From Omnitrophica bacterium GWA2_41_15 (GTDB lineage: Bacteria; Omnitrophota; Gorgyraeia; Gygaellales; Profunditerraquicolaceae), in contig CAKKSP010000030.1 of assembly GCA_919902045.1 (NCBI GenBank), positions 5,276 to 31,588 of the forward strand: DNA of 26,313 nucleotides, given 5' to 3'. The notes under the pieces are model-generated. The model saw only the letters and a program-made list of their open reading frames with translations. It was not told the origin of the DNA and made no database searches. The translations under genes were made by a program, and so were the position numbers. This document shows, in pieces, positions 1-7,231 of this stretch (positions are counted from its first letter, which is position 1; every line of letters begins with the position of its first letter).

Positions 1-34
1 TTTGAATAATTAAATGGCGGGAAAGTTTTAAACT

Positions 35-823
35 ATGCCGATACTTATACCAATATTAGTTTTAACTGCGCTGGGAGTAATTTTTGGGGCGGGGCTTGCC
101 TTAGCTTCTAAAAAACTTGCTGTTAGTATTGACCCAAAACTTGAACGCATACATGGCCTTCTTCCCGGAGCAAATTGCGGCGCCTGTGGCGGGGCAGGAT
201 GTTTTGGTTTTGCTGAAGGGGTATTAAGCGGTAAATTTAAAATAGAATCTTGCCGGGTTGTTGAAGATAAAGTTAAAGATATGATTGCAGAGGTTCTCGG
301 CCAAAAAGTAGAAAAGAAAGTAAAACTTGTTGCGGCGCTACATTGTAATGGCGGTTCAAAAGTTAAAGATCGTTTTCTCTATGACGGAATAGAAGATTGC
401 ATCTCAGCAAATTTAGTTTTAGGAGGACAAAAAGGCTGTACTTGGGGGTGCCTGGGGTTTGGTTTATGTGTCGAGATTTGTCCTTTTGATGCGATTACTA
501 TGTCAGAGGAGAGGCTGCCGATAGTTGATAAGATAAAATGCCGTGCCTGTAATAAATGCGTGCAAAAGTGCCCCAAGAAACTTTTTACTTTGCTGCCTAC
601 GGCGCAGCCGGTATATGTGGCATGCCGCTCCCATGATATTGGCAAGGACACGCGCGCGGTATGCCCTGTCGGTTGCATTGCCTGTAAAAAATGCGAGCAA
701 GTTTGTCCTGCTGACGCGATTCATGTTATAGATAATCTGGCGATGATTGATTACCATAAGTGTATTTCATGCGGAGAATGTGTTAAAGTTTGTCCCATGA
801 AAACGATTCTAAAGAGGCCATGA
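35..823 (+). CDS. rnfB: Rnf electron-transport complex subunit B (RnfB), multi-[4Fe-4S] ferredoxin
   Basis: N-terminal hydrophobic anchor (MPILIPILVLTALGVIFGAGLALA). CxxCxxAGC motif (CGACGGAGC) followed by several CxxCxxCxxxCP ferredoxin motifs (CRACNKCVQKCP, CIACKKCEQVCP, CISCGECVKVCP). ATG at 35 with a purine-rich stretch upstream. Confidence 0.8.
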   Translation: MPILIPILVLTALGVIFGAGLALASKKLAVSIDPKLERIHGLLPGANCGACGGAGCFGFAEGVLSGKFKIESCRVVEDKVKDMIAEVLGQKVEKKVKLVAALHCNGGSKVKDRFLYDGIEDCISANLVLGGQKGCTWGCLGFGLCVEICPFDAITMSEERLPIVDKIKCRACNKCVQKCPKKLFTLLPTAQPVYVACRSHDIGKDTRAVCPVGCIACKKCEQVCPADAIHVIDNLAMIDYHKCISCGECVKVCPMKTILKRP

Positions 824-1425
824 TGAATATCGCAATTTTTGCATCCGGAAGAGGAACAAATTTTTCTGCTTTGATAAAAGCCCGGGAACATAAAATATTT
901 AAGGCAAACCTATCCTTACTTATCTCGGATAATCCCGGGGCAGGCGCAATTATCCGGGCTAAGAAAGCTAAGATTCCTGTAACAGTGGTAGAGCGGGGTA
1001 ATTTTAAAAATAAAGAAGAGTTTGAAAAAGAAATTTGTAGCCAGCTTAGTAAATATAAAATAGATTTGATAGTTTTAGCCGGTTTTATGTGCATATTAAG
1101 CGCAAATTTTGTTAAGCGCTATGAAGGGAAAATTATAAATATTCATCCTGCATTGCTTCCTGCTTTTAAGGGCGGCCATGCGATAAAAGATGCTTTTGAT
1201 TACGGAGCTAAAGTAACTGGCGTTACGGTGCATTTTGTGGATCAAGAGACGGATCATGGGCCGATAATCTTGCAAGAGGCGGTAGAAGTTAAAGAAAAAG
1301 ATACTCTTGAGGTTTTAGAGGAAAAGATACACAAAGTAGAGCACCGGGTTTATCCTAAGGCAATCAGGCTCTTTGTAGAAGGTAAGCTTAAGGTAAAAGG
1401 CAGGAAGGTAGGGATCCTATCGTAG
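820..1425 (+). CDS. purN: Phosphoribosylglycinamide formyltransferase (PurN)
   Basis: MNIAIFASGRGTNFSALI and HPALLPAFKG, VTGVTVHFVDQETDHGPII are classic GAR transformylase motifs. The ORF track starts at TTG 790, but in-frame ATGs at 820 and 823 overlap the rnfB stop (TGA 821-823) and are the more likely starts. Confidence 0.85.
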   Translation: MMNIAIFASGRGTNFSALIKAREHKIFKANLSLLISDNPGAGAIIRAKKAKIPVTVVERGNFKNKEEFEKEICSQLSKYKIDLIVLAGFMCILSANFVKRYEGKIINIHPALLPAFKGGHAIKDAFDYGAKVTGVTVHFVDQETDHGPIILQEAVEVKEKDTLEVLEEKIHKVEHRVYPKAIRLFVEGKLKVKGRKVGILS

Positions 1426-2169
1426 GAAGTTTTTCAAATCTTCTTTAGAAACCAAAGATTTTTCCCCGCTAGAAATATTCTCAATCTCAATTATTTGGAA
1501 ATCATTAAAATCATACTCTTTACAAAAGTAGGCTAAAATTTTTATAATATTATTTTCTTCCTTGGTTTTTATTTTAATTTTCCATGTTTTTCCCTCAAAG
1601 TATATTTCGCTAAGTTCATTACGCAATCGTTGCATTATCAGTTGATTGAGAAAATCCCCTAAGCCAATGTCGTGTTTTTTTAAGCGGGAGCCTGATTCAT
1701 CGCCTAATGAAAATGCATTTTGGTCTATGGTTATAATACTGCGTTTATAAAATTCATCTCTTGAAAGGTATTGCAATTGGAATTTAACTATATCTGGAAT
1801 ATAGTTAATAAAAAGGCAATCCATCCCGGTTTCTTTAATATCAGACGCTACCGCAACCAAGAATAGCGGGCGGGGATTCATGCTTAAGATTACTCGGGTT
1901 GCTGCCTGGATTGTTTTATTCAAATCTCCCATTACCTGAGGCTTAAGTTGTTCTTTTTCATCAAATAATCCGGAAACAGGAATGCGTACCCATACAGTAT
2001 TGCCAATAAGCCAGGAGTCGATGGAAAGCTTATAATCTTTTTTGCCTAAAGCGGTAATTGACTTAGTGAGATTTTCTTTTGTGTAGGTGGGTTTAATCGG
2101 AAAACATCCGCAGAGAAAAAAACAGATTAAGAAAAAAAATACTAAACGGTAAGTTTTGTTTTTCCGCAT
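1417..2169 (-). CDS. Hypothetical lipoprotein, co-transcribed downstream of the FtsH-like protease
   Basis: N-terminus MRKNKTYRLVFFFLICFFLCGCF is a signal peptide with a lipobox-like LCGC. No other recognisable motif. The start overlaps the upstream FtsH-like stop by 28 nt, which suggests translational coupling. The 3' end overlaps the purN stop by 9 nt in convergent orientation. Confidence 0.55.
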   Translation of the reverse strand: MRKNKTYRLVFFFLICFFLCGCFPIKPTYTKENLTKSITALGKKDYKLSIDSWLIGNTVWVRIPVSGLFDEKEQLKPQVMGDLNKTIQAATRVILSMNPRPLFLVAVASDIKETGMDCLFINYIPDIVKFQLQYLSRDEFYKRSIITIDQNAFSLGDESGSRLKKHDIGLGDFLNQLIMQRLRNELSEIYFEGKTWKIKIKTKEENNIIKILAYFCKEYDFNDFQIIEIENISSGEKSLVSKEDLKNFLR

Positions 2170-3833
2170 TCTTTAAAGATTGCTTCGATTTCGTCGTAAT
2201 CAAGTTCCTGCCTAGCGATTAATTCTTTAGCAAAGCGCTCAAGAAGGGGTATTTCTTTAGCAAGCAGTTCCTCAACCTCTTTAAGGCACTGATTTAAAAT
2301 TTTCTGGACATCTATATCAAGAGTCTCTTTAGTTTTTTCCGAAATGTAATTACTTCCTGAACTTCCCAACCAGGAATGGCCGGCAAAACTTTTTTCTAGT
2401 TCTTTAAAGTTGCCTTTTAAACCCGAAGGGCCCATGCTCCAGCGCCAGCACATATTATAAGCCCACACCATTGCTTGGTGCATATCTTCATCAACACCTG
2501 AAGTGGTAGTGTTAAATTTTAATTTTTCTGCCGCGTAAGAACCGAGTGCCACCTTTATATTAGCTAAGTAATATTCACGGTTGTGGATATGCATCTCTTC
2601 TTTTGAGCGATGATATACGTATCCAAGGAAACCAACGGTACGCGGGATAATGCTCGCTTTAAATACATCATCAGTAGGATGGAGCAGGTAGGTGGCAATA
2701 GCATGCCCTGCCTCATGATAAGCAATTTGTTCTTTTTCTTTGGAGTTTAGCTCAATAGGTATTTTAAGCCCCAAATCAATGCGGTCCATAGCTTCGTTAA
2801 TCTCTAACATTCCGACTGAATCTTTTTTATTGCGAACGGCAATGATGCTAGCTTCCCTTGTTATGTTACAGATATCCGCAGGGGATTTATAAACGCATTT
2901 TCTAGCCAAGAGCGATACGTCAATTGTCTGGTCATGCTGTATTTTTTTAAGATAAAAACTAAAGAGTTGTTCTCTATCTTTTAACCCGGGTAAGCCGACA
3001 TAAATTTTACGGTCAAAACGGCCTGCGCGCATCAGCGCCGGGTCAAGTTCTTTTTCATCAACGTTTGTCGCCCCGATTACTACAATATTATTTTCTCTTT
3101 TACGAAGCCCGTCCATTTCTGTGAGCAGTTGATTTACCGCGGCATTAGCGCTCATCTGTCCACCCATGCCAATATCTGCGCGGCGCGTTCTTGCCACCGA
3201 ATCAAGCTCATCGATAAAAATAATACAACCGCCTTTTAACTCGGCCATGGTGCGCGCTTCTTTAAAAAGATTACGTAGTTTAGAAGCACCTAAGCCTACA
3301 ATGATCCCCTCGATTTCGCTGCCCACAACTGAAAGAAAAGGCATTTTTACTTCGGTAGCAATGGCTTTAGCAAGATAAGTTTTCCCGCAGCCAGGAGGCC
3401 CTGAAAGAAGGAGGCCTTTGATTACTTGGCCACCGACTTGTTTTAGTTGTGCGTGATCCCTTAGAAGTTGCACTACTTCCCAGGCTTCGCGCTTAATTTC
3501 TTCCATTCCCACAACCTCGTTCCATGTGATATTTACTTCTTCGGCGCGTACTCTTTTTTGGCCAAGCTTTGTCATTCCGCCGCCGAAAAGGAACCAGTAA
3601 TTAAAAAACATATAAATAGAGGCGAAAATTATAGCAGTAATTACAGAAAGAAAAAATTGAACCGGTATGCTTGAGAACATCATTTGTTTATAAAATGACT
3701 CAAGGTTGATCATTGCCCGGATACCCGCAGCCATGAGGATTATTGTGAATGTGAGTAGAATTGAGCCGATAGCAATAAGAAGTATCCTTATCCAGTAAAG
3801 TTTTAGGAACATTTTTATTTTGGATATATTCAT
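2142..3833 (-). CDS. FtsH-like membrane AAA+ zinc metalloprotease (M41-like) with short periplasmic loop
   Basis: Two N-terminal TM segments. Walker A GPPGCGKT, Walker B IIFIDELD, SRH region ATNVDEKELDPALMRAGRFDRKIY, zinc site HEAGHAI. The extracytoplasmic region between the TMs is only about 20 aa, versus about 70 aa in canonical FtsH. Confidence 0.8.
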   Translation of the reverse strand: MNISKIKMFLKLYWIRILLIAIGSILLTFTIILMAAGIRAMINLESFYKQMMFSSIPVQFFLSVITAIIFASIYMFFNYWFLFGGGMTKLGQKRVRAEEVNITWNEVVGMEEIKREAWEVVQLLRDHAQLKQVGGQVIKGLLLSGPPGCGKTYLAKAIATEVKMPFLSVVGSEIEGIIVGLGASKLRNLFKEARTMAELKGGCIIFIDELDSVARTRRADIGMGGQMSANAAVNQLLTEMDGLRKRENNIVVIGATNVDEKELDPALMRAGRFDRKIYVGLPGLKDREQLFSFYLKKIQHDQTIDVSLLARKCVYKSPADICNITREASIIAVRNKKDSVGMLEINEAMDRIDLGLKIPIELNSKEKEQIAYHEAGHAIATYLLHPTDDVFKASIIPRTVGFLGYVYHRSKEEMHIHNREYYLANIKVALGSYAAEKLKFNTTTSGVDEDMHQAMVWAYNMCWRWSMGPSGLKGNFKELEKSFAGHSWLGSSGSNYISEKTKETLDIDVQKILNQCLKEVEELLAKEIPLLERFAKELIARQELDYDEIEAIFKECGKTKLTV

Positions 3834-3938
3834 CTTTTTCTCCTAAATTTGCCTAGTTTACTTATTTTAAAATTATTTCATTAATATTTTTTTAGCATAA
3901 CATAAATAAAAATTACTGTCAAACCATATCAGTTTTTC

Positions 3939-3966
3939 TTGACAAAAATGGCCTATATGTTAATCT
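3939..3966 (+). promoter_or_regulatory. Candidate sigma70-type promoter for eno (TTGACA-16-TGtTAATCT)
   Basis: Perfect -35 TTGACA at 3939-3944, a 16-nt spacer, then an extended -10-like TGtTAATCT at 3958-3966. It sits in the divergent intergenic region upstream of eno. Confidence 0.4.
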
Positions 3967-4007
3967 AAAAGCTTATTGAAAATAAACAGGGACACTTTTT
4001 AACAGTC

Positions 4008-4052
4008 AGGGACATTTCTTAAGATATTGTTTACATGTTAAGAAATGTCCCT
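4008..4052. repeat. 45-bp perfect palindromic element, copy 1 (AGGGACATTTCTTAA-N15-TTAAGAAATGTCCCT), 23 nt upstream of the eno ATG
   Basis: The arms at 4008-4022 and 4038-4052 are exact reverse complements. The 15-nt spacer is GATATTGTTTACATG. A degenerate extra left half-site, AGGGACACTTTTTAA, lies at 3988-4002. The element is followed by CTAAAG, as in the other two copies. Confidence 0.9.
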
Positions 4053-4075
4053 AAAGTGAGCGAAAGGAGTTTCAT

Positions 4076-5344
4076 ATGGCTAAAATTAAGAAAGTAATCG
4101 GTAGGCAAATCATTGATTCCCGCGGGAATCCTACAGTTGAAGTGGATATTATTTTAGATAACGGAATATTAGGAAGAGCCTCAGTTCCTTCCGGAGCTTC
4201 AACCGGTGAGAATGAAGCGCTTGAGCTTCGTGATGGAGACAAATCAAAGTATTTAGGTAAAAGCGTTTTAAAGGCGGTAAATAATGTTAATACCGTAATT
4301 GCATCAAAAATAAAGGGTTTAGCTCCTGATTTTGAAAAAGTTGATGCCATTTTGTTAAAAATGGATGGCACGCATAATAAGTCAAATCTTGGTGCAAATG
4401 CAATCCTGGGAGTTTCTATGGCAACTGCTAAGGTAGCTGCACTTTCTAAGAAACAGCCGCTTTATAAATTTCTTAGTAATGGAAAAGCAAAACTTCTTCC
4501 TGTGCCGCTGATGAATATTTTAAACGGCGGTATGCATGCGGATAATAATCTTGATATTCAGGAATTTATGATTATGCCGGTAGGCGCGCCCACGTTTAGT
4601 GAGGCAATGCGCTATGCAGTTGAAGTATTTCATAGTCTTAAGTCAATTCTAAAATCAAAAAAACTTTCCACTTCAGTCGGAGATGAGGGAGGGTTTGCGC
4701 CCAATCTCACTTCTAACGAAGAGGCGTTGAGTTTGATTGTTGAAGCAATTGACAAAGCAGGATACAAAGCAGGAAAAGACGTTTTTCTTGCCTTAGACTG
4801 CGCAGCTAGTTCTTTCTATAAAGACGGGAAATATAGTTTCGAAAATTCTACTAAAACTGCCCAAGAACTAATAAGTATTTATCAGAGTTGGTTAAATAAA
4901 TATCCGATTCTTTCTATCGAGGATGGGCTTTCAGAACACGATAATTCCGGATGGCAGCAGATGACCGCGGCTTTAGGCTCAAGCCTTCAGCTTGTCGGCG
5001 ATGATATCTTTGTGACTAATCCGGGAATCTTTAAAAAAGGTATTGCGCAAAAAATCGGTAATGCTATACTAATAAAAGTAAATCAGATCGGTTCTTTGTC
5101 AGAAACGCTTGAGGTCATGCGTATTGCAAAGCGTAATAAATATAGTTCCATTGTTTCGCACCGTTCAGGCGAGACAGAAGATGCTACTATCGCGCATTTG
5201 GCTGTTGCAACCGGAGCAGGCCAGATTAAAACCGGTTCTCTCTCGCGTACTGATAGGATGTGCAAATATAACGAGCTTTTGCGCATAGAAGAAGAGCTGG
5301 GCAAAATTGCTGTTTATGCTGGTACGCAGTGGAAAAAAAGGTAA
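4076..5344 (+). CDS. eno: Enolase (phosphopyruvate hydratase)
   Basis: N-terminus [24 protein letters not shown]; [10 protein letters not shown]; [12 protein letters not shown]; [17 protein letters not shown]. Canonical enolase signature throughout. RBS AAGGAG at 4064-4069. Confidence 0.95.
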   Translation: MAKIKKVIGRQIIDSRGNPTVEVDIILDNGILGRASVPSGASTGENEALELRDGDKSKYLGKSVLKAVNNVNTVIASKIKGLAPDFEKVDAILLKMDGTHNKSNLGANAILGVSMATAKVAALSKKQPLYKFLSNGKAKLLPVPLMNILNGGMHADNNLDIQEFMIMPVGAPTFSEAMRYAVEVFHSLKSILKSKKLSTSVGDEGGFAPNLTSNEEALSLIVEAIDKAGYKAGKDVFLALDCAASSFYKDGKYSFENSTKTAQELISIYQSWLNKYPILSIEDGLSEHDNSGWQQMTAALGSSLQLVGDDIFVTNPGIFKKGIAQKIGNAILIKVNQIGSLSETLEVMRIAKRNKYSSIVSHRSGETEDATIAHLAVATGAGQIKTGSLSRTDRMCKYNELLRIEEELGKIAVYAGTQWKKR

Positions 5345-5629
5345 ATGATTGTTAAGAAATTACTTTGGGCTCTAGTGATAGTGGCAGCTTTTGGAGCGCT
5401 TTTTTTACCAGGTTATACAAGGATTCAAGAATTACGCGACCGCAACCGAGAATTAGAAGTAAAGATAAAACGGTTAAAAATAGAAAATGCATTATTTGAA
5501 ATAGAAACAAAGCGTTTAAAAAATGACCCCCTGTATCGAGAACAGATAATGCGTGAAAAGCTAGGGGTAGTGCGTAAGGGAGAAATTCCCGTAAAGATTG
5601 TTACTGAGTCGGCTGATCTAAAGAATTAA
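5345..5629 (+). CDS. ftsB: Cell division protein FtsB/DivIC-like septum formation initiator
   Basis: 94 aa. One N-terminal TM (LLWALVIVAAFGALF), then a coiled coil (LRDRNRELEVKIKRLKIENALFEIETKRLKNDPLYREQIMREKLGVVRKGEI) typical of FtsB. The ATG immediately follows the eno stop, matching the conserved eno-ftsB arrangement. Confidence 0.75.
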   Translation: MIVKKLLWALVIVAAFGALFLPGYTRIQELRDRNRELEVKIKRLKIENALFEIETKRLKNDPLYREQIMREKLGVVRKGEIPVKIVTESADLKN

Positions 5630-5654
5630 ATCGTTCTTTTTAATAGAATCGCGG

Positions 5655-5684
5655 GGTGGTCCCTCGTAATACTCGGGATCCACC
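5655..5684 (+). other. Hairpin (9-bp stem with one bulge, 11-nt loop) inside a 46-nt partial duplication of the tRNA 5' end
   Basis: GGTGGTCCC (5655-5663) pairs with GGGA(T)CCACC (5675-5684). It is flanked by a 13-nt direct repeat AATCGCGGGGTGG at 5647-5659 and 5694-5706; the second copy is the 5' acceptor stem of the tRNA. Confidence 0.5.
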
Positions 5685-5696
5685 TAGACAAGAAAT

Positions 5697-5770
5697 CGCG
5701 GGGTGGAGCAGCCTGGTAGCTCGCAAGGCTCATAACCTTGAGGTCGTCCGTTCAAATCGGGCCCCCGCAA
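5697..5770 (+). tRNA. Initiator tRNA-Met (tRNA-fMet, anticodon CAT)
   Basis: CGCGGGGTGGAGCAGCCTGGTAGCTCGCAAGGCTCATAACCTTGAGGTCGTCCGTTCAAATCGGGCCCCCGCAA. It has the C1:A72 mismatch, the three consecutive G:C pairs in the anticodon stem, the CAT anticodon and the TTCAAAT T-loop. Near-identical to E. coli tRNA-fMet. CCA is not encoded. Confidence 0.9.
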
Positions 5771-5780
5771 TGAATTAGTA

Positions 5781-5830
5781 AAAGGGGTCTGGCTCTTTTT
5801 GAAAAAAAGTGCCTGACCCCTTTTTATTTG
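5781..5830 (+). terminator. Probable intrinsic terminator after the tRNA-fMet
   Basis: Long imperfect hairpin AAAGGGGTC(5781-5789)...GACCCCTTT(5815-5823) with an inner GGC-TCTTTTT/AAAAAAG-GCC stem, followed by the T-rich run TTATTTG. Confidence 0.5.
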
Positions 5831-5856
5831 CTAAAAATGGGCATTTCTGCTATAAT
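5828..5856 (+). promoter_or_regulatory. Consensus sigma70 promoter for the purB-led operon (TTGCTA-17-TATAAT)
   Basis: -35 TTGCTA at 5828-5833, exact 17-nt spacer, perfect -10 TATAAT at 5851-5856. A 70-nt leader precedes the purB ATG and contains an 11-bp hairpin (5871-5882 pairing with 5892-5902). Confidence 0.6.
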
Positions 5857-5926
5857 TAAAATCTATTTTAACACGCGGCGCAATCGGTATATGCGCCGGT
5901 GTTGCCTAACTGGCAAGGAGTGCCCT

Positions 5927-7222
5927 ATGATTACTCGCTATAGCAGAGAAGAGATTAATTCTATTTGGCAGGATGAGTTTAAGTTTAAAACTATGCTTGA
6001 GATAGAGCTTCTAAGCCTCGAAGCCTGGGAAAAACTTAAAAAAATCCCTCAAGGATCCGCAAAAAGAATCCGCAGCAAGGCCCGATTTAATATTAATCGT
6101 ATTAACGAAATAGAAAATAAGACGCATCACGACATCGTGGCTTTTGTTACTAATGTCGGAGAAAGTATCGGTAAAGACGCCCAATATCTGCATTTTGGCC
6201 TGACTTCATCAGATATTATTGATACTACAACTGCTGTGCAGCTAAAGGCGGCATCAGAAATCCTAATTAAAGATTTAGAAAAGCTGCTTAGTATTTTAGC
6301 TAAGAAAGCAAAACTCTACCGCGATACGATTTGCATCGGCCGTACGCACGGAGTACATGCTGAGCCGACTACTTTTGGCTTAAAATTGGCGCTTTGGTAT
6401 GATGAAACTAAGCGTAATATTAAGAGGTTAAAAGAGGCAGCCGCCGAAGTAGCAGTAGGAAAAATATCCGGAGCTGTGGGAACTTACGCAAATGTTGACC
6501 CGCGTATAGAAAAATATATCTGCAATAAACTAAAAATTCAAGCAGCACCTATTTCAACGCAGGTTATCCCGCGCGACGGATATGCACATTATTTGGCAGT
6601 CTTAGCAGTAATCGGCTCAAGCCTTGAGAAATTCGCCCTTGAGATAAGGCATTTGCAGCGCACCGAGGTGCTTGAGGCAGAAGAGCCGTTTGCAAAAGGC
6701 CAGAAGGGGTCATCTGCAATGCCGCATAAGCGTAATCCTGTTATTTGCGAACGTATCTGTGGTTTAAGCAGGATTTTACGCGCCAATGCCCAGGCAGGTT
6801 TAGAAAACGTGGCACTTTGGCATGAACGTGATATCAGTCATTCTTCGGTTGAACGGGTGATTTTACCTGATTCCACGATCCTCCTTGATTATATGCTCTA
6901 TAAATTTACTCAGGTAATTGAGGGGCTTTTAGTTTATCCGGAGCATATGCTTGAGAATTTAATCCGCACTAAGGGTTTAATATTTTCACAACGGGTGCTA
7001 CTTTCCCTTATGGATAAGGGTGTCCAGCGAATGAAGGCATATGAGTGGGTACAGCGCCTGGCTATGGAGAGTTGGCAGGGACGTAAAGATTTTAAGGCCT
7101 TACTTGGTTTAGATAAAGAAGTCTCATGTTATTTAAGCGCAGAAGAACTCGATAAGATATTTGATCTTAATTATTATCTAAGGTATACGCGTACAATTTT
7201 TAAAAACGTAGGTTTATTATAA
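5927..7222 (+). CDS. purB: Adenylosuccinate lyase (PurB)
   Basis: MITRYSREEINSIWQDE N-terminus, SSDIIDTT, the GRTHGVHAEPTTFG fumarate-lyase signature, SSAMPHKRNP. RBS AAGGAG at 5915-5920 with ATG at 5927. The ORF-track start at 5828 overlaps the promoter and is rejected. Confidence 0.9.
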   Translation: MITRYSREEINSIWQDEFKFKTMLEIELLSLEAWEKLKKIPQGSAKRIRSKARFNINRINEIENKTHHDIVAFVTNVGESIGKDAQYLHFGLTSSDIIDTTTAVQLKAASEILIKDLEKLLSILAKKAKLYRDTICIGRTHGVHAEPTTFGLKLALWYDETKRNIKRLKEAAAEVAVGKISGAVGTYANVDPRIEKYICNKLKIQAAPISTQVIPRDGYAHYLAVLAVIGSSLEKFALEIRHLQRTEVLEAEEPFAKGQKGSSAMPHKRNPVICERICGLSRILRANAQAGLENVALWHERDISHSSVERVILPDSTILLDYMLYKFTQVIEGLLVYPEHMLENLIRTKGLIFSQRVLLSLMDKGVQRMKAYEWVQRLAMESWQGRKDFKALLGLDKEVSCYLSAEELDKIFDLNYYLRYTRTIFKNVGLL

Positions 7223-7231
7223 TTACAAACT

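Noticed and set aside
379-757. Antisense or alternative-frame ORFs inside rnfB (379-678 -, 503-757 -, 543-731 +)
   Set aside because: They lie entirely within a well-supported CDS, have no motifs, and have an Arg/Cys-rich composition typical of out-of-frame readings of a GC-richer ferredoxin-coding segment.
3948-3968. Six-codon mini-ORF (MAYMLI) in the eno upstream region as a leader peptide
   Set aside because: It overlaps the candidate -10 element, has no RBS, and its length is consistent with chance in AT-rich DNA.
4008-4052. Interpretation of the 45-bp palindrome as an invertible promoter switch or as a rho-independent terminator
   Set aside because: The 15-bp segment between the inverted repeats is far too short for recombinase-mediated inversion, and no recombinase is nearby. 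On the + strand no copy is followed by a U-tract, so classic intrinsic termination is unlikely.
5647-5770. Integrated mobile element at the tRNA-fMet
   Set aside because: Only 46 nt separate the direct repeats, no integrase or cargo is present, and the repeat derives from the tRNA 5' end rather than the 3' end.
5828-5926. N-terminal extension of purB from the TTG at 5828
   Set aside because: The extension would cover the consensus promoter (TTGCTA-17-TATAAT) and the leader hairpin. A canonical RBS plus ATG at 5927 gives the conserved MITRY... PurB N-terminus.
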